Position numbers and translations under genes: made by a program. A stretch of 64,000 nt of DNA, taken from contig CAKOWU010000006.1 of NCBI GenBank assembly GCA_934129885.1, positions 12,695-76,694 of the forward strand, given 5' to 3'. This document shows positions 49,401-60,304 of the stretch, piece after piece (position 1 is the stretch's first letter; every line of letters begins with the position of its first letter). The notes beneath the pieces were generated by a model. That model was not told where the DNA came from. It saw nothing but the letters and a program-made list of their open reading frames with translations, and did no database searches. Source of the stretch: an uncultured Bacilli bacterium (GTDB taxonomy: Bacteria > Bacillota_I > Bacilli_A > RF39 > UBA660).

Positions 49401-49463
49401 ATTAAGGATTATTAAAGTCTAGTTTTAGGATATATATCAATGATTTGACTTTTAATTTTTACA

Positions 49464-50477
49464 TTAATCGGTACCAGTCCAATTTACTGTGGCATTTGTG
49501 GCACCCCATGGAGCGCCCACGATAGTATTTTATTTTCTTTCTATATTAATTGTAATGTTTAAATGCAAAATCTTCAATATTTTTTATTGAACTTGGAATA
49601 TTATAAATGATAGCCTTTGATTGATGAAAGGTATTTCCTTTTATTGTTTCTACGCTATTGGGTAAATTTATTGTATTTGCATTTACGTAATGCAATGATT
49701 TGTATTCAAGCGTTTTTACTCCATTTGGTATATTTAATATATCAGTATGCTTTTTGGTCGCGTAAGAATTTAAATTTGTATAGTCGATACTTCCGTCAGC
49801 GTTTTTACTATATATAAATGCATTTTTTAATTCTAAATTATTGGCAGTAAATGATCCGGAGTCATATTCTATATTATTTAATGAAGGTATTGAGGTTAGA
49901 TTATTATTCATAAATGTGCCGCTATTGATTTTCTTTAACGAATTTGGAAAAATTATATTTGTAATTTTATTAAAGTGAAAGGCTTCTTTGCCGATTACTT
50001 GTAAACTATTTCCTAGAGTTAGTTCTGTAATATCATTTGCATAAAATGCCCATATCCCAATATAAGTTACTGTGCCTGGTATTACTATTTTAGTTAAGTT
50101 TTTATGACTAAATGATTTTGCTTTTGTTTCTTCCCATGAGGGGTAAGATCCTATTTTAGTTACAGTTTTACCTTTTATATGGTGTCTGGAATATTTACTT
50201 CACTACCACAAGATTTATCGTAGTCAGTTATAGTAACTGTTCCGTCTCCGTTGTCAGATGTTTCGTAGTATAAATTTTCTTTATTATATATGTTGCCTTT
50301 GGCAGATAGGTTGATATTTGTACTAAAGGCAGAATAACCTATGGTAAGTATAAGTGTTAAACTGAAAAATGATATTGTAATTATTATTCTACGTTTTACA
50401 ATATTTTTTTTCTTAATCTTTTTCTATGTCTTTTCCTCATAAAATATTATGTCTTTTCTATCAAAATCATCATATAA
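49464..50477 (-). pseudogene. BspA-type leucine-rich-repeat surface protein, multiply disrupted
   Basis: The start position reads TTA. In-frame TAG at 50424-26. Frameshift near 50175-50185 after 'NIPDTI'. Premature stop at 49546 with the tail 'IVGAPWGATNATVNWTGTD' in another frame. Confidence 0.75.
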
Positions 50478-50573
50478 CTTCCAGTTATGCGATAAAAATA
50501 AAGGCAAAAAATAGAGAATGAATATATAAATTAATTTAAAATGACAATTTTGTGATATGATTTATATAGATAA

Positions 50574-50602
50574 TTAACGTATAACTGAAAGTTATACGTT
50601 AA
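50574..50602. repeat. Perfect 13-bp inverted repeat 'ttaacgtataact-gaa-agttatacgttaa'
   Basis: Read directly. Related half-sites lie at 764-776, 46291-46315, 46184-46191 and 50474-50488. Confidence 0.85.
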
Positions 50603-50829
50603 TGGTTAAGGTTTTACACAGTAAAAAATCACTTTAGTATCTAGATTATTAAAGTGATTTTTAAGCTTTATATCAATTTCAGAAAATATTGTTGATATAA
50701 TTCTTGTTTTATGTTATGGGTTTTCTTATTCTATTTTTACATTTTACCTTTGATATAGCGTATTTTTTGTGGAATAAGCACCTAAAATGTCCTAAAACGG
50801 ACCTTTGATAATGTGATAATTATATTGAG

Positions 50830-51168
50830 GTGTTTGATGTGGAAATAAAACAGGCTTATCAAATGGAAGAAATTGCATATGAGGTTAGAAATAGTTGCTA
50901 TGATAAGATACTTGCTTATAATTTAAGAAAATTTAGAATGGAACGTTTTAAATTATATAAACTTGATAATGCCGAAATTGATAATCCTTATAGTATTGAT
51001 AATATTTCTTCATTATTAAATATCACTAGAAGACATTATGCACGGCTTGAAAATCCAAGTTGTATTGGTAAGAATATAACTTTAGATAAACTTCTTATTT
51101 TATCTAAAGTATATGATGTAGCAATTAATGATTTTTTTAAGAAAGATGAAAAAACTAGGGTTTCCTAG
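50830..51168 (+). CDS. XRE-family helix-turn-helix protein
   Basis: 'ISSLLNITRRHYARLEN...LDKLLILSKVYDVAINDFF'. Confidence 0.65.
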   Translation: MFDVEIKQAYQMEEIAYEVRNSCYDKILAYNLRKFRMERFKLYKLDNAEIDNPYSIDNISSLLNITRRHYARLENPSCIGKNITLDKLLILSKVYDVAINDFFKKDEKTRVS

Positions 51169-51173
51169 TTTTT
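51149..51173. terminator. Bidirectional terminator (copy 2 of the duplicated hairpin)
   Basis: 'aaaaaactagg gttt cctagttttt'. Confidence 0.75.
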
Positions 51174-51960
51174 AATTATATAAGGTTCATTAATACTTCC
51201 TGAACCTTTTATTTTTATGTCAGAAGGTAAAAACATTACTGGGTAGGCATCATTGTATCCTATAACTTTGTTTCCCGAGGTTACTTCTAAGGCTTCTTGG
51301 TAATTTCTTCCTATCCAACTTTTACTGTTGAGTGTTGCGACCATATTTTTAATATTACTATATGTATTAATTGTTCACGCAAACTGTTTAGGTAGTAGGT
51401 AATTAGAGTACCTGCAGGTGGTTAAATAATTTTCGCTTGTTAATTTTAAATTGTCACACTTTGATGTATTAGTATTGGCTTTTATGAAATCACTTACGGT
51501 TATTAGGCCTATTTTGCCATTCCATATTGTTTGTTTTTCATTTTGTATTTGTTTAGTTAAACCATCGTTATCATATGTTATTTGACCGATATTAAAGTTA
51601 TGTGTTACTACTTTATCTGTATTGTTTAGGGAAGAATAGTATGTGGTGTTTAAGTAGTTATTTAGTGATGAGATTGTCCAGTCATTTTTATTGTCACTAT
51701 TCCATACTTGTTTTTCTAAAGGTTCATTTTTTATTATTTTTAAGGTGTTATTTTGTTCTATGGCAACAATACGCTAGAGGTCGTTACCTAGTTTTAGATA
51801 ATTATTTGGATTTGCACCTTTATAGATATACCTATTATTTTCATATATGTCTTGATATAGACCTTCACCGTCAGTGGTTATTTGTTTTTTTAGGTAGTCT
51901 GATGTGTTTATAGTGTTTATATTGCATTTAATCGTACAAAACTGCTGGGTGAATACGATG
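51165..51960 (-). pseudogene. Decayed member of the 'LWRIV ... GSGSxxxPY' paralog family
   Basis: A single continuous frame with TAG at 51774-76 and TGA at 51375-77. Both align to Trp in the intact paralogs. The 5' end (start and anchor) is missing. Confidence 0.75.
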
Positions 51961-52074
51961 ATTGGCTTTAAAACATATGGAAACTAGTGGTAATTTTAAA
52001 CAAACTAATATGACACGATTAATTAATATTAAGTAAAATACGTTATTTAGATATGAGACAATTTAAAAAATGTT

Positions 52075-52755
52075 TTAGGCAGTTTTTATCAGGTTGTTTA
52101 GTATTTTTAACATGAAGTCTGCGATGGCAGTGGTGCTTTGAACGAGGAAATTTTCGTAGGTGATTTTATTGTTATCGCCTGGGCAGTCTGATATGCTTCT
52201 TATTATTATAAATGGTACGTTACATAGTTTACATACTTGTGCTATGGCGGCGCCTTCCATTTCTACACAGAGGGCTCCGAATTTTTGACTTATTTTTTTA
52301 CTCATGTTTTTTTCGGTACAGAAAATATCGCCAGATGCTATGGTGCCGATAATGGCGTTATGTTGTTTGGCAATTTCTATTAGGCGTTTATCTGCATTTA
52401 TGTATGTGCCGATGTTTGGTATGTAGCCTTTGGTGTGGTCAAAAGCGGTTATGTCAAAGTCGTGCTGGATTAGTTTATCACTGGCAACGATGTCTAGAAT
52501 TTTTAGGTTTTTTGATACGCCCCCAGCGATGCCAATGCCAAATATGTAATTTGGATTATAGTTATCTATTAATATTTGGGTACTGCGGGCGGCGTTTACT
52601 TTTCCGATGCCACTCTCTACGATGACTAGTTTTAGCTTTTTATATGTTCCTTTATAAAAGGTTAGATTATATATGGTTTGTGTTTTTTCGCAAGCAATTT
52701 TCTTTAGAAACTTTTCTATTTCTTCTTTCATAGCGAATATTATACCGATTGTCAT
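52075..52755 (-). CDS. mtnN: 5'-methylthioadenosine/S-adenosylhomocysteine nucleosidase
   Basis: 'IGIIFAMKEE', 'GIGKVNAA', 'VEMEGAAIAQV', 'IIRSISD'. Confidence 0.93.
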   Translation of the reverse strand: MTIGIIFAMKEEIEKFLKKIACEKTQTIYNLTFYKGTYKKLKLVIVESGIGKVNAARSTQILIDNYNPNYIFGIGIAGGVSKNLKILDIVASDKLIQHDFDITAFDHTKGYIPNIGTYINADKRLIEIAKQHNAIIGTIASGDIFCTEKNMSKKISQKFGALCVEMEGAAIAQVCKLCNVPFIIIRSISDCPGDNNKITYENFLVQSTTAIADFMLKILNNLIKTA

Positions 52756-52909
52756 ATTTTTTGGCTCCTTTTTGTTTTAGTTTATCATAATGTTTAGAGA
52801 ATGTCATGATTTTATTTTTATTTTTTGAGTTGTTAAAATGTTTTTTTGACGTTATATCTTTTGGTGTAGTAAAAAAGGCGTAAAATTCTTGAAAATGCAT
52901 ATATTTTTG

Positions 52910-52938
52910 TTGACAAGGTGGGGCATTTTTAGTATTAT
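52910..52938 (+). promoter_or_regulatory. Sigma-A promoter of rplM-rpsI
   Basis: TTGACA, 17 bp spacer, TATTAT. It is followed by a leader of about 75 nt containing the hairpin 'gaacaagtt ctgggaa aacttgtt'. Confidence 0.55.
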
Positions 52939-53016
52939 TAATACTGGTACATTTATTTATCCCACATGAACAAGTTCTGGGAAAACTTGTTAATGTAATG
53001 GAGAAAGGAAATTGTT

Positions 53017-53448
53017 ATGAAAACATACATGCAAAGAAAAGAAGATGTAGTTAGAGACTGGTATGTTATTGATGCTGAAGGTCAAACTTTAGGTCGTCTT
53101 GCTACTAAAGTTGCTTCTGTTTTAAGAGGTAAACATAAACCTACTTATACTCCTCATATTGATGGTGGAGATTACGTTATTGTTGTTAACGCTGGTAAGG
53201 TTAATTTAACTGGTAATAAGTTAAATGATAAAATTTATTATAACCACAGTAGATATACTGGTGGTCTTAGAGAAAGAACTGCTAAAGAGATGGTTGAGAA
53301 TTATCCTGTTGAAATGATTGAAAGAGCTGTAAAGGGTATGTTACCTAAAGGTAGACTTGGAAGACAAATGTATAAAAAATTATTTGTATATGCAGAAAGT
53401 GAACATCCACATAGCGCACAAAAGCCTGTGGAACTTAAGGTTGATTAG
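53017..53448 (+). CDS. rplM: 50S ribosomal protein L13
   Basis: '[16 protein letters not shown]', '[10 protein letters not shown]', 'GDYVIVVNA'. Confidence 0.97.
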   Translation: MKTYMQRKEDVVRDWYVIDAEGQTLGRLATKVASVLRGKHKPTYTPHIDGGDYVIVVNAGKVNLTGNKLNDKIYYNHSRYTGGLRERTAKEMVENYPVEMIERAVKGMLPKGRLGRQMYKKLFVYAESEHPHSAQKPVELKVD

Positions 53449-53458
53449 GAGGGTTTAA

Positions 53459-53878
53459 ATGGCAAATAAAAAAGAATTTACTGGAACTGGTAGAAGAAAG
53501 GCTTCTGTTGCTAGAGTTAAATTAATAACTCCTGGTACTGGTTCAATTACTATTAATGGTAGAGATGTTAGAGACTTCATGCCATATGAAACTAACGTTA
53601 TGGATTTAATGCAACCACTTGTTGCTACAAATAATGAAAAAACATTTGATGTTGTTGTTAAAGTTAACGGCGGTGGATTTACAGGTCAAACTGGTGCTAT
53701 CAGATTAGGTATTACTAGAGCATTACTTGAATATGATAAAGCTAATGAAGAAAATGAAGATAGTTATAGAAAAACTTTAAAAAGAGCAGGATTTGTTACT
53801 AGAGACGCTAGAGTTAAGGAAAGAAAGAAACCTGGACTTAAAGGAGCACGTAGAGCACCTCAATTCTCAAAGAGATAA
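53459..53878 (+). CDS. rpsI: 30S ribosomal protein S9
   Basis: '[12 protein letters not shown]', '[19 protein letters not shown]', C-terminal '[17 protein letters not shown]'. Confidence 0.97.
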   Translation: MANKKEFTGTGRRKASVARVKLITPGTGSITINGRDVRDFMPYETNVMDLMQPLVATNNEKTFDVVVKVNGGGFTGQTGAIRLGITRALLEYDKANEENEDSYRKTLKRAGFVTRDARVKERKKPGLKGARRAPQFSKR

Positions 53879-54190
53879 TAAATTTTATAGAAAGAACACT
53901 GAACTTTGTTTTTGGTGTTTTTTTGTACTTTATATTTTAATTTTGTGTCAAGAATGGTGTAAAGTCGGGATTTTTCTGTCTTTTTGTGTTGATAAAAATA
54001 AAATATTAGAATATTATTAAAGTAGGGAAGGGTCTTGAAAGTAAAAAAATAGTTCATGGGGCTGGACTTACAAGCGTCTATTCAATATAAAAAGATACTT
54101 ATTTCAAGATTTCCTTAATTATGGAGGCAACGCCTTCATTTTTTTTGCTATAATTTGTTTATTAATGTATAATGTTTGTAGGTGATTTGA

Positions 54191-55054
54191 ATGCTTAAAA
54201 TTAGTGATGAATGGAAAGATTATGAATGTTTGGATGCCGGTGGTGGCGAAAAACTGGAAAGATGGGGAGACGTTATTTTAAGGCGTCCTGATCCGCAGGC
54301 TATGTGGGATATTTCAAAGGATGCGACTTGGAAGAAGGTCGACGCTTTTTATCATAGGTCTGATAAGGGTGGCGGTTACTGGGAGTATAAGAATAAACTT
54401 CCAGAAGAATGGTATGTTTCTTACAAGCACTTAAAGTTTAAGGTTACGCCGACAGGATTTAAGCATACTGGTTTATTTCCGGAACAGGCTACTAACTGGG
54501 ATTTTATGATGAATAAGATTAAGGACAGTGGCAGAAAGATAAAGGTTTTGAATTTATTTGCGTATACTGGTGGTGCGACGATGGCGTGTGCAAGTGCGGG
54601 GGCTGATGTTGTGCAAGTTGATGCATCTCGTGGTATGACTGCGTGGGCTAAAGAGAATATGAAGTTATGTAATCTTGAAGACAAATATATTAGATTTATT
54701 GTTGATGACTGTTTGAAGTTTGTTCAAAGGGAATTTAGACGTGGCAATAGGTATGATGCCATTGTAATGGACCCACCTAGTTATGGCAGAGGACCTAACA
54801 AAGAGGTTTGGAAGTTTGAGAAGAATATTGCTGTACTACTGGAGGAATGCATCAAAATTTTAAGTGATGACCCTTTATTTATTTTGATTAATTCTTATAC
54901 TACTGGGGTATCTAATATTGTATTAGGTAATATGCTTAAGTCTTCTAATTTACCGGCTGGTAAGATTGAAACTGGTGAGGTAGGACTTCATATAACTAAA
55001 AATGATATGATTTTACCATGCGGAATATATGGAAGATGGGAATGTAATGATTGA
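54191..55054 (+). CDS. Class I SAM-dependent (RlmI/RlmK-like) RNA methyltransferase
   Basis: 'LNLFAYTGGATMACASAGA', 'VMDPPSYGRG'. Confidence 0.78.
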   Translation: MLKISDEWKDYECLDAGGGEKLERWGDVILRRPDPQAMWDISKDATWKKVDAFYHRSDKGGGYWEYKNKLPEEWYVSYKHLKFKVTPTGFKHTGLFPEQATNWDFMMNKIKDSGRKIKVLNLFAYTGGATMACASAGADVVQVDASRGMTAWAKENMKLCNLEDKYIRFIVDDCLKFVQREFRRGNRYDAIVMDPPSYGRGPNKEVWKFEKNIAVLLEECIKILSDDPLFILINSYTTGVSNIVLGNMLKSSNLPAGKIETGEVGLHITKNDMILPCGIYGRWECND

Positions 55055-55694
55055 TATTCTATATGAAGATAATCATTTATTAGTTGTTTCAAAACCTATT
55101 AATGTGCCTGTTCAAAGTGATATAAGTGGAGATGAAGATTTACTCTCTATTTTAAAGAAGTATCTTAAAGATAAGTATAATAAGCCTGGCAATGTCTATT
55201 TAGGACTGGTACACAGGTTAGATAGGCCGGTTGGAGGACTTATGGTTTTTGCGAAGACTAGTAAGGCGGCATCTAGACTTTCTAAAGAGATACGTGATAA
55301 GATGTTTAATAAGGTTTATTATGCGGTGGTACTGGGAAATATAAAAAATAGCGATATTTTTGTAGATAAATTATACAAAGACAGGGTTAGAAATATTTCT
55401 TATGTTTCTGATAAGGGACTTGTTTCTAAATTATCATATGAAAAGATAGGGTACAAAGATGGCTTTTCTTTGGTACGTATTAATTTAGAAACTGGAAGAT
55501 CTCATCAAATAAGGGTACAGTTTTCTTCTAGAGGTTTTCCTTTGTACGGTGATCAAAAGTATAATAAAAAGGCCGTTAAGGCTCCAATTGCTTTATTTGC
55601 GGGGAAGTTAGAGTTCGTTCATCCGACTACAAAAGAAGTTATGAGTTTTTCTTTACCTTTGCCTGACAGATATCCTTTTAATTTATTTAAATGA
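55047..55694 (+). CDS. RluA-family pseudouridine synthase
   Basis: 'ILYEDNHLLVVSKP', 'HRLDRPVGGLMVFAKT', 'GRSHQIRVQ'. An alternative ATG lies at 55029. Confidence 0.88.
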   Translation: MIDILYEDNHLLVVSKPINVPVQSDISGDEDLLSILKKYLKDKYNKPGNVYLGLVHRLDRPVGGLMVFAKTSKAASRLSKEIRDKMFNKVYYAVVLGNIKNSDIFVDKLYKDRVRNISYVSDKGLVSKLSYEKIGYKDGFSLVRINLETGRSHQIRVQFSSRGFPLYGDQKYNKKAVKAPIALFAGKLEFVHPTTKEVMSFSLPLPDRYPFNLFK

Positions 55695-55853
55695 TTATAA
55701 TTTTGTGTAAAATGCGTAAAAAAAGTGCCAAAATTTTGTGCTGTTTATAAAAATATATAGTGTATCATTGCTTTTTAACTTGATTATGTAAATATTTATT
55801 TTATGTGTAAAGTAACAAAAAAAATTCTCTTTTAATTGTTAGATGTGTTATAA

Positions 55854-57519
<1,666 letters not shown>

Positions 57520-57708
57520 CTTTTTTTTGTAATTTTTAAATATGTGTGTGGAAGAAAGTTTTGCAAATGCAGCTGCAAAACTTTCTACTTTTGAATATTG
57601 TTGCAAGTACACTTGCAAAATTTCTGTTTTTCTCAACTATTTTTGGCAATAATATCATTATTTTAGATATAACTTTATGTTTGTGTAGTTTAAAAAGTGA
57701 AAAAATAG

Positions 57709-57737
57709 TTGACACTTATTTTTATGTCTGCTATAAC
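57709..57737 (+). promoter_or_regulatory. Sigma-A promoter of the MBL-fold gene
   Basis: TTGACA, 17 bp spacer, TATAAC, preceded by TGc. Confidence 0.55.
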
Positions 57738-57756
57738 TAATTTTGGAGATGATAAT

Positions 57757-58551
57757 ATGCATGATTTTGAGATTAAAGAAATTTATCCGAATGTATTTCA
57801 ACTTAGTGATTATAGAGGTTTACATGTTATTTTGATTAATGGTAAAAATAAGTCTATTTTATGGGATATGGGGTTTGGTGTTTATGATTTGAAGTGTGAA
57901 CTTAAGAAATTAACAGATAATGAGATTATGGTTTTTGGTAGTCATGGTCATTTGGACCATACTTTAGGATGTACACAGTTTGACGAAGTTTATGTAAATA
58001 AGCGTGATCATAAGTTATTTTACAAGCAAAATGGGTTTGCGATTAGGAGAAAAGTTGGTCAAAATTTGATGAAACACAATATATACAATAAGAAACAGGC
58101 TTTTGAATATAAGCACCGCAAGTTACCAAAGTTGAACGATTTGCCGGTGGGCGCTACTTACGATTTAGGTGATCTTACGGCAGAAGTTGTTGATTTATCG
58201 GGTCATACGGCTGGTTCTGTGGGATTACTTATTAAAGAGTATAGGTTACTTTTGACAGGGGATGCTGTTTGTAATGATTTATGGATTTATTTGAAAGAGT
58301 CCTTTAGTGCAAAATATTGTTTGGAGACATTGAAAAAGACTTTGAAGTTACCTTTTGATAATTATGTTTGTGCACATAAAAGTACGATTTTTCCTAAAGA
58401 GCATATAAATAGTATTATTGACGTTATGGAGCATTTGGACCCTAGCACTAATAATACAAGGGTTTTATTTAGGACTACTGAAGTGTATGAGTGTACAAAA
58501 GATACGGAGTATGGCACTATTAGTATTTTATATGATGAAAGCAAGTTGTAA
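57757..58551 (+). CDS. MBL-fold metallo-hydrolase
   Basis: 'GSHGHLDHTLG' (HxHxDH), 'SGHTAGS', 'TGDA'. RBS 'ggagatg'. Confidence 0.85.
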   Translation: MHDFEIKEIYPNVFQLSDYRGLHVILINGKNKSILWDMGFGVYDLKCELKKLTDNEIMVFGSHGHLDHTLGCTQFDEVYVNKRDHKLFYKQNGFAIRRKVGQNLMKHNIYNKKQAFEYKHRKLPKLNDLPVGATYDLGDLTAEVVDLSGHTAGSVGLLIKEYRLLLTGDAVCNDLWIYLKESFSAKYCLETLKKTLKLPFDNYVCAHKSTIFPKEHINSIIDVMEHLDPSTNNTRVLFRTTEVYECTKDTEYGTISILYDESKL

Positions 58552-58639
58552 AATAATGATGTAATTATTTTGGCTACCAAGTAGTTAATTATATGGTGAT
58601 AGAAGAATTATAGCTTTTAAAACACATATATTTTAATAG

Positions 58640-59311
58640 GTGATTTATTTGAAGATTAAAGTATGTGTTTTTTTTGCTCTTATATTTTTACTTTTTACGG
58701 TTAATTATGTTTCGGCAGAAAATAAAAGTTTGCCACTTATTTCTAAAGTTATTTACCTTGATCCTGGACATGGCGGGGCAGATAGCGGCGCTTATTATAA
58801 GGGGGTGCGGGAGTCTGATCTCAATTTAAAAATATCTAAAACTATTATGAAAGCTTTAAATGCTGAAGGGGCGACGGTATATTTGACGAGGTATGACAAT
58901 TATGATTTAGCGGTTCCTAATGCATATAATAGAAAGCGGAGTGATTTATCTAGACGCGCTAATGTAATTAATAAATCTGGATGTGATATGTTTATTTCGA
59001 TACATTTGAATGCGAGCGAAAGCGTGAGTTGGTATGGTGCACAGGTATATTATGATAGTATAAATAAGGAAAATGAAAAGATTGCGAAGATATTTTCGGA
59101 AGAGGCAAAAAGATATTTAGAGACCAGCAGGGAGTATAAGGAAAATAATACGAAGTATATGCAGCATAGAATAAATAGGCCTGGGATTTTATTCGAGGTG
59201 GGTTTTCTTTCTAATCCAAACGAAAGGTTATTGCTTCAAGATAGTAAGTATCAGGAAAAAGTTGCGAGTGTTGTTAGTAAAGCGGTTATTAAATATTTTG
59301 CAAATTCATAG
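58640..59311 (+). CDS. cwlD: N-acetylmuramoyl-L-alanine amidase, CwlD-like (germination-specific)
   Basis: 'DPGHGGADSGA', 'ISIHLNA', 'EVGFLSNPNE'. Bacillus-like position downstream of rplM-rpsI. Confidence 0.82.
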   Translation: MIYLKIKVCVFFALIFLLFTVNYVSAENKSLPLISKVIYLDPGHGGADSGAYYKGVRESDLNLKISKTIMKALNAEGATVYLTRYDNYDLAVPNAYNRKRSDLSRRANVINKSGCDMFISIHLNASESVSWYGAQVYYDSINKENEKIAKIFSEEAKRYLETSREYKENNTKYMQHRINRPGILFEVGFLSNPNERLLLQDSKYQEKVASVVSKAVIKYFANS

Positions 59312-59364
59312 TATTTTCACAAAACAGGTATAAAATATGTTATAATTAATGATAGGTGAATACC

Positions 59365-60294
59365 ATGAAGAATAAAATATTTAAAACGATAAGTGAACAG
59401 ATTGATATTCTAAAGAATAGAGGTTTACTTATTAAAGATGAGGCTGAAACAAAAGAAATTCTTTTGATGGAAAATTATTTTTTTGTTAATGGATACAGGC
59501 ATATGTTTATATCTAGTGGTAGGACTAATAAATTCTTACCTGGTACAACTTTTGATGAACTTTATGCTACGTTTGTCTTTGATAGAAAACTTAGAAATAT
59601 ATTTTTCCAGAATATTTTAATTATAGAAAATAATATTAAGTCTATCATTAGTTACCAATTATCTAAAAAGTATGGTTTTAGGGAAAAAGATTATTTAAAT
59701 CCTAACAATTATACTCAAGATAAACTTGCGGATAGGCAGGTTAGGGATGTTTTGAATAAGGTTAAAAGGCAGATTAGAATTAACGCACCTAAGCATTCGG
59801 CGACGATGCACTATTCACTTAATTATGGTTATATTCCGATGTGGGTTGTTGTTAAGGTCTTGTCTTTTGGTATTATGTCAGAATTTTATGGAATTTTAAA
59901 GCAAGATGATCAAAAAAGTGTGGCTGATATATATGGTATTAATCCACAGGTGTTGGAGATTTATTTGAGTTTACTTTCTAATTTTAGGAATGTGTGTGCT
60001 CATGAAGATATTTTATATGATCATCGTACGCAGAAGTTAATCCCTGATACTAAGTATCATGAGTTACTTAACATTGAAAAAGTTAGTGATGCTTATATTT
60101 ATGGGAAGAATGATTTATTTAGTTTGGTTATTATGATGAAGTATTTACTTAGAGAAAATGATTTTAAGGTTATGATTAATCAGATTAAGTATGAGGTAGA
60201 TTTACTTGATAAGAAGATTGATGTTATACCACTTAAAAATATTTTAAACAGGATTGGTTTTCCAGATAATTGGTTTGATATAAAAAATATTTAG
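59365..60294 (+). CDS. Abi_2 (AbiD/AbiF-like) abortive-infection family protein
   Basis: 'QIDILKNRGLLIKDE...LLMENYFFVNGYRHMF', 'FDRKLRN', 'RNVCAHEDILYD'. Confidence 0.78.
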   Translation: MKNKIFKTISEQIDILKNRGLLIKDEAETKEILLMENYFFVNGYRHMFISSGRTNKFLPGTTFDELYATFVFDRKLRNIFFQNILIIENNIKSIISYQLSKKYGFREKDYLNPNNYTQDKLADRQVRDVLNKVKRQIRINAPKHSATMHYSLNYGYIPMWVVVKVLSFGIMSEFYGILKQDDQKSVADIYGINPQVLEIYLSLLSNFRNVCAHEDILYDHRTQKLIPDTKYHELLNIEKVSDAYIYGKNDLFSLVIMMKYLLRENDFKVMINQIKYEVDLLDKKIDVIPLKNILNRIGFPDNWFDIKNI

Positions 60295-60304
60295 GAGGAG
60301 TTTT

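Noticed and set aside
51602-51913. 103-aa plus-strand ORF.
   Set aside because: The minus strand of the same region translates into a clear paralog of two intact genes, so the plus-strand ORF is a shadow.
52667-52900. 77-aa minus-strand ORF overlapping the mtnN start; likewise 53793-54057 (both strands), 57546-57740, 13317-13499, 13893-14099, 24773-24997, 26459-26782 and 32536-32745.
   Set aside because: They are intergenic or overlap ORFs with no RBS, skewed composition and no motif. Several are just 5' extensions through promoters.
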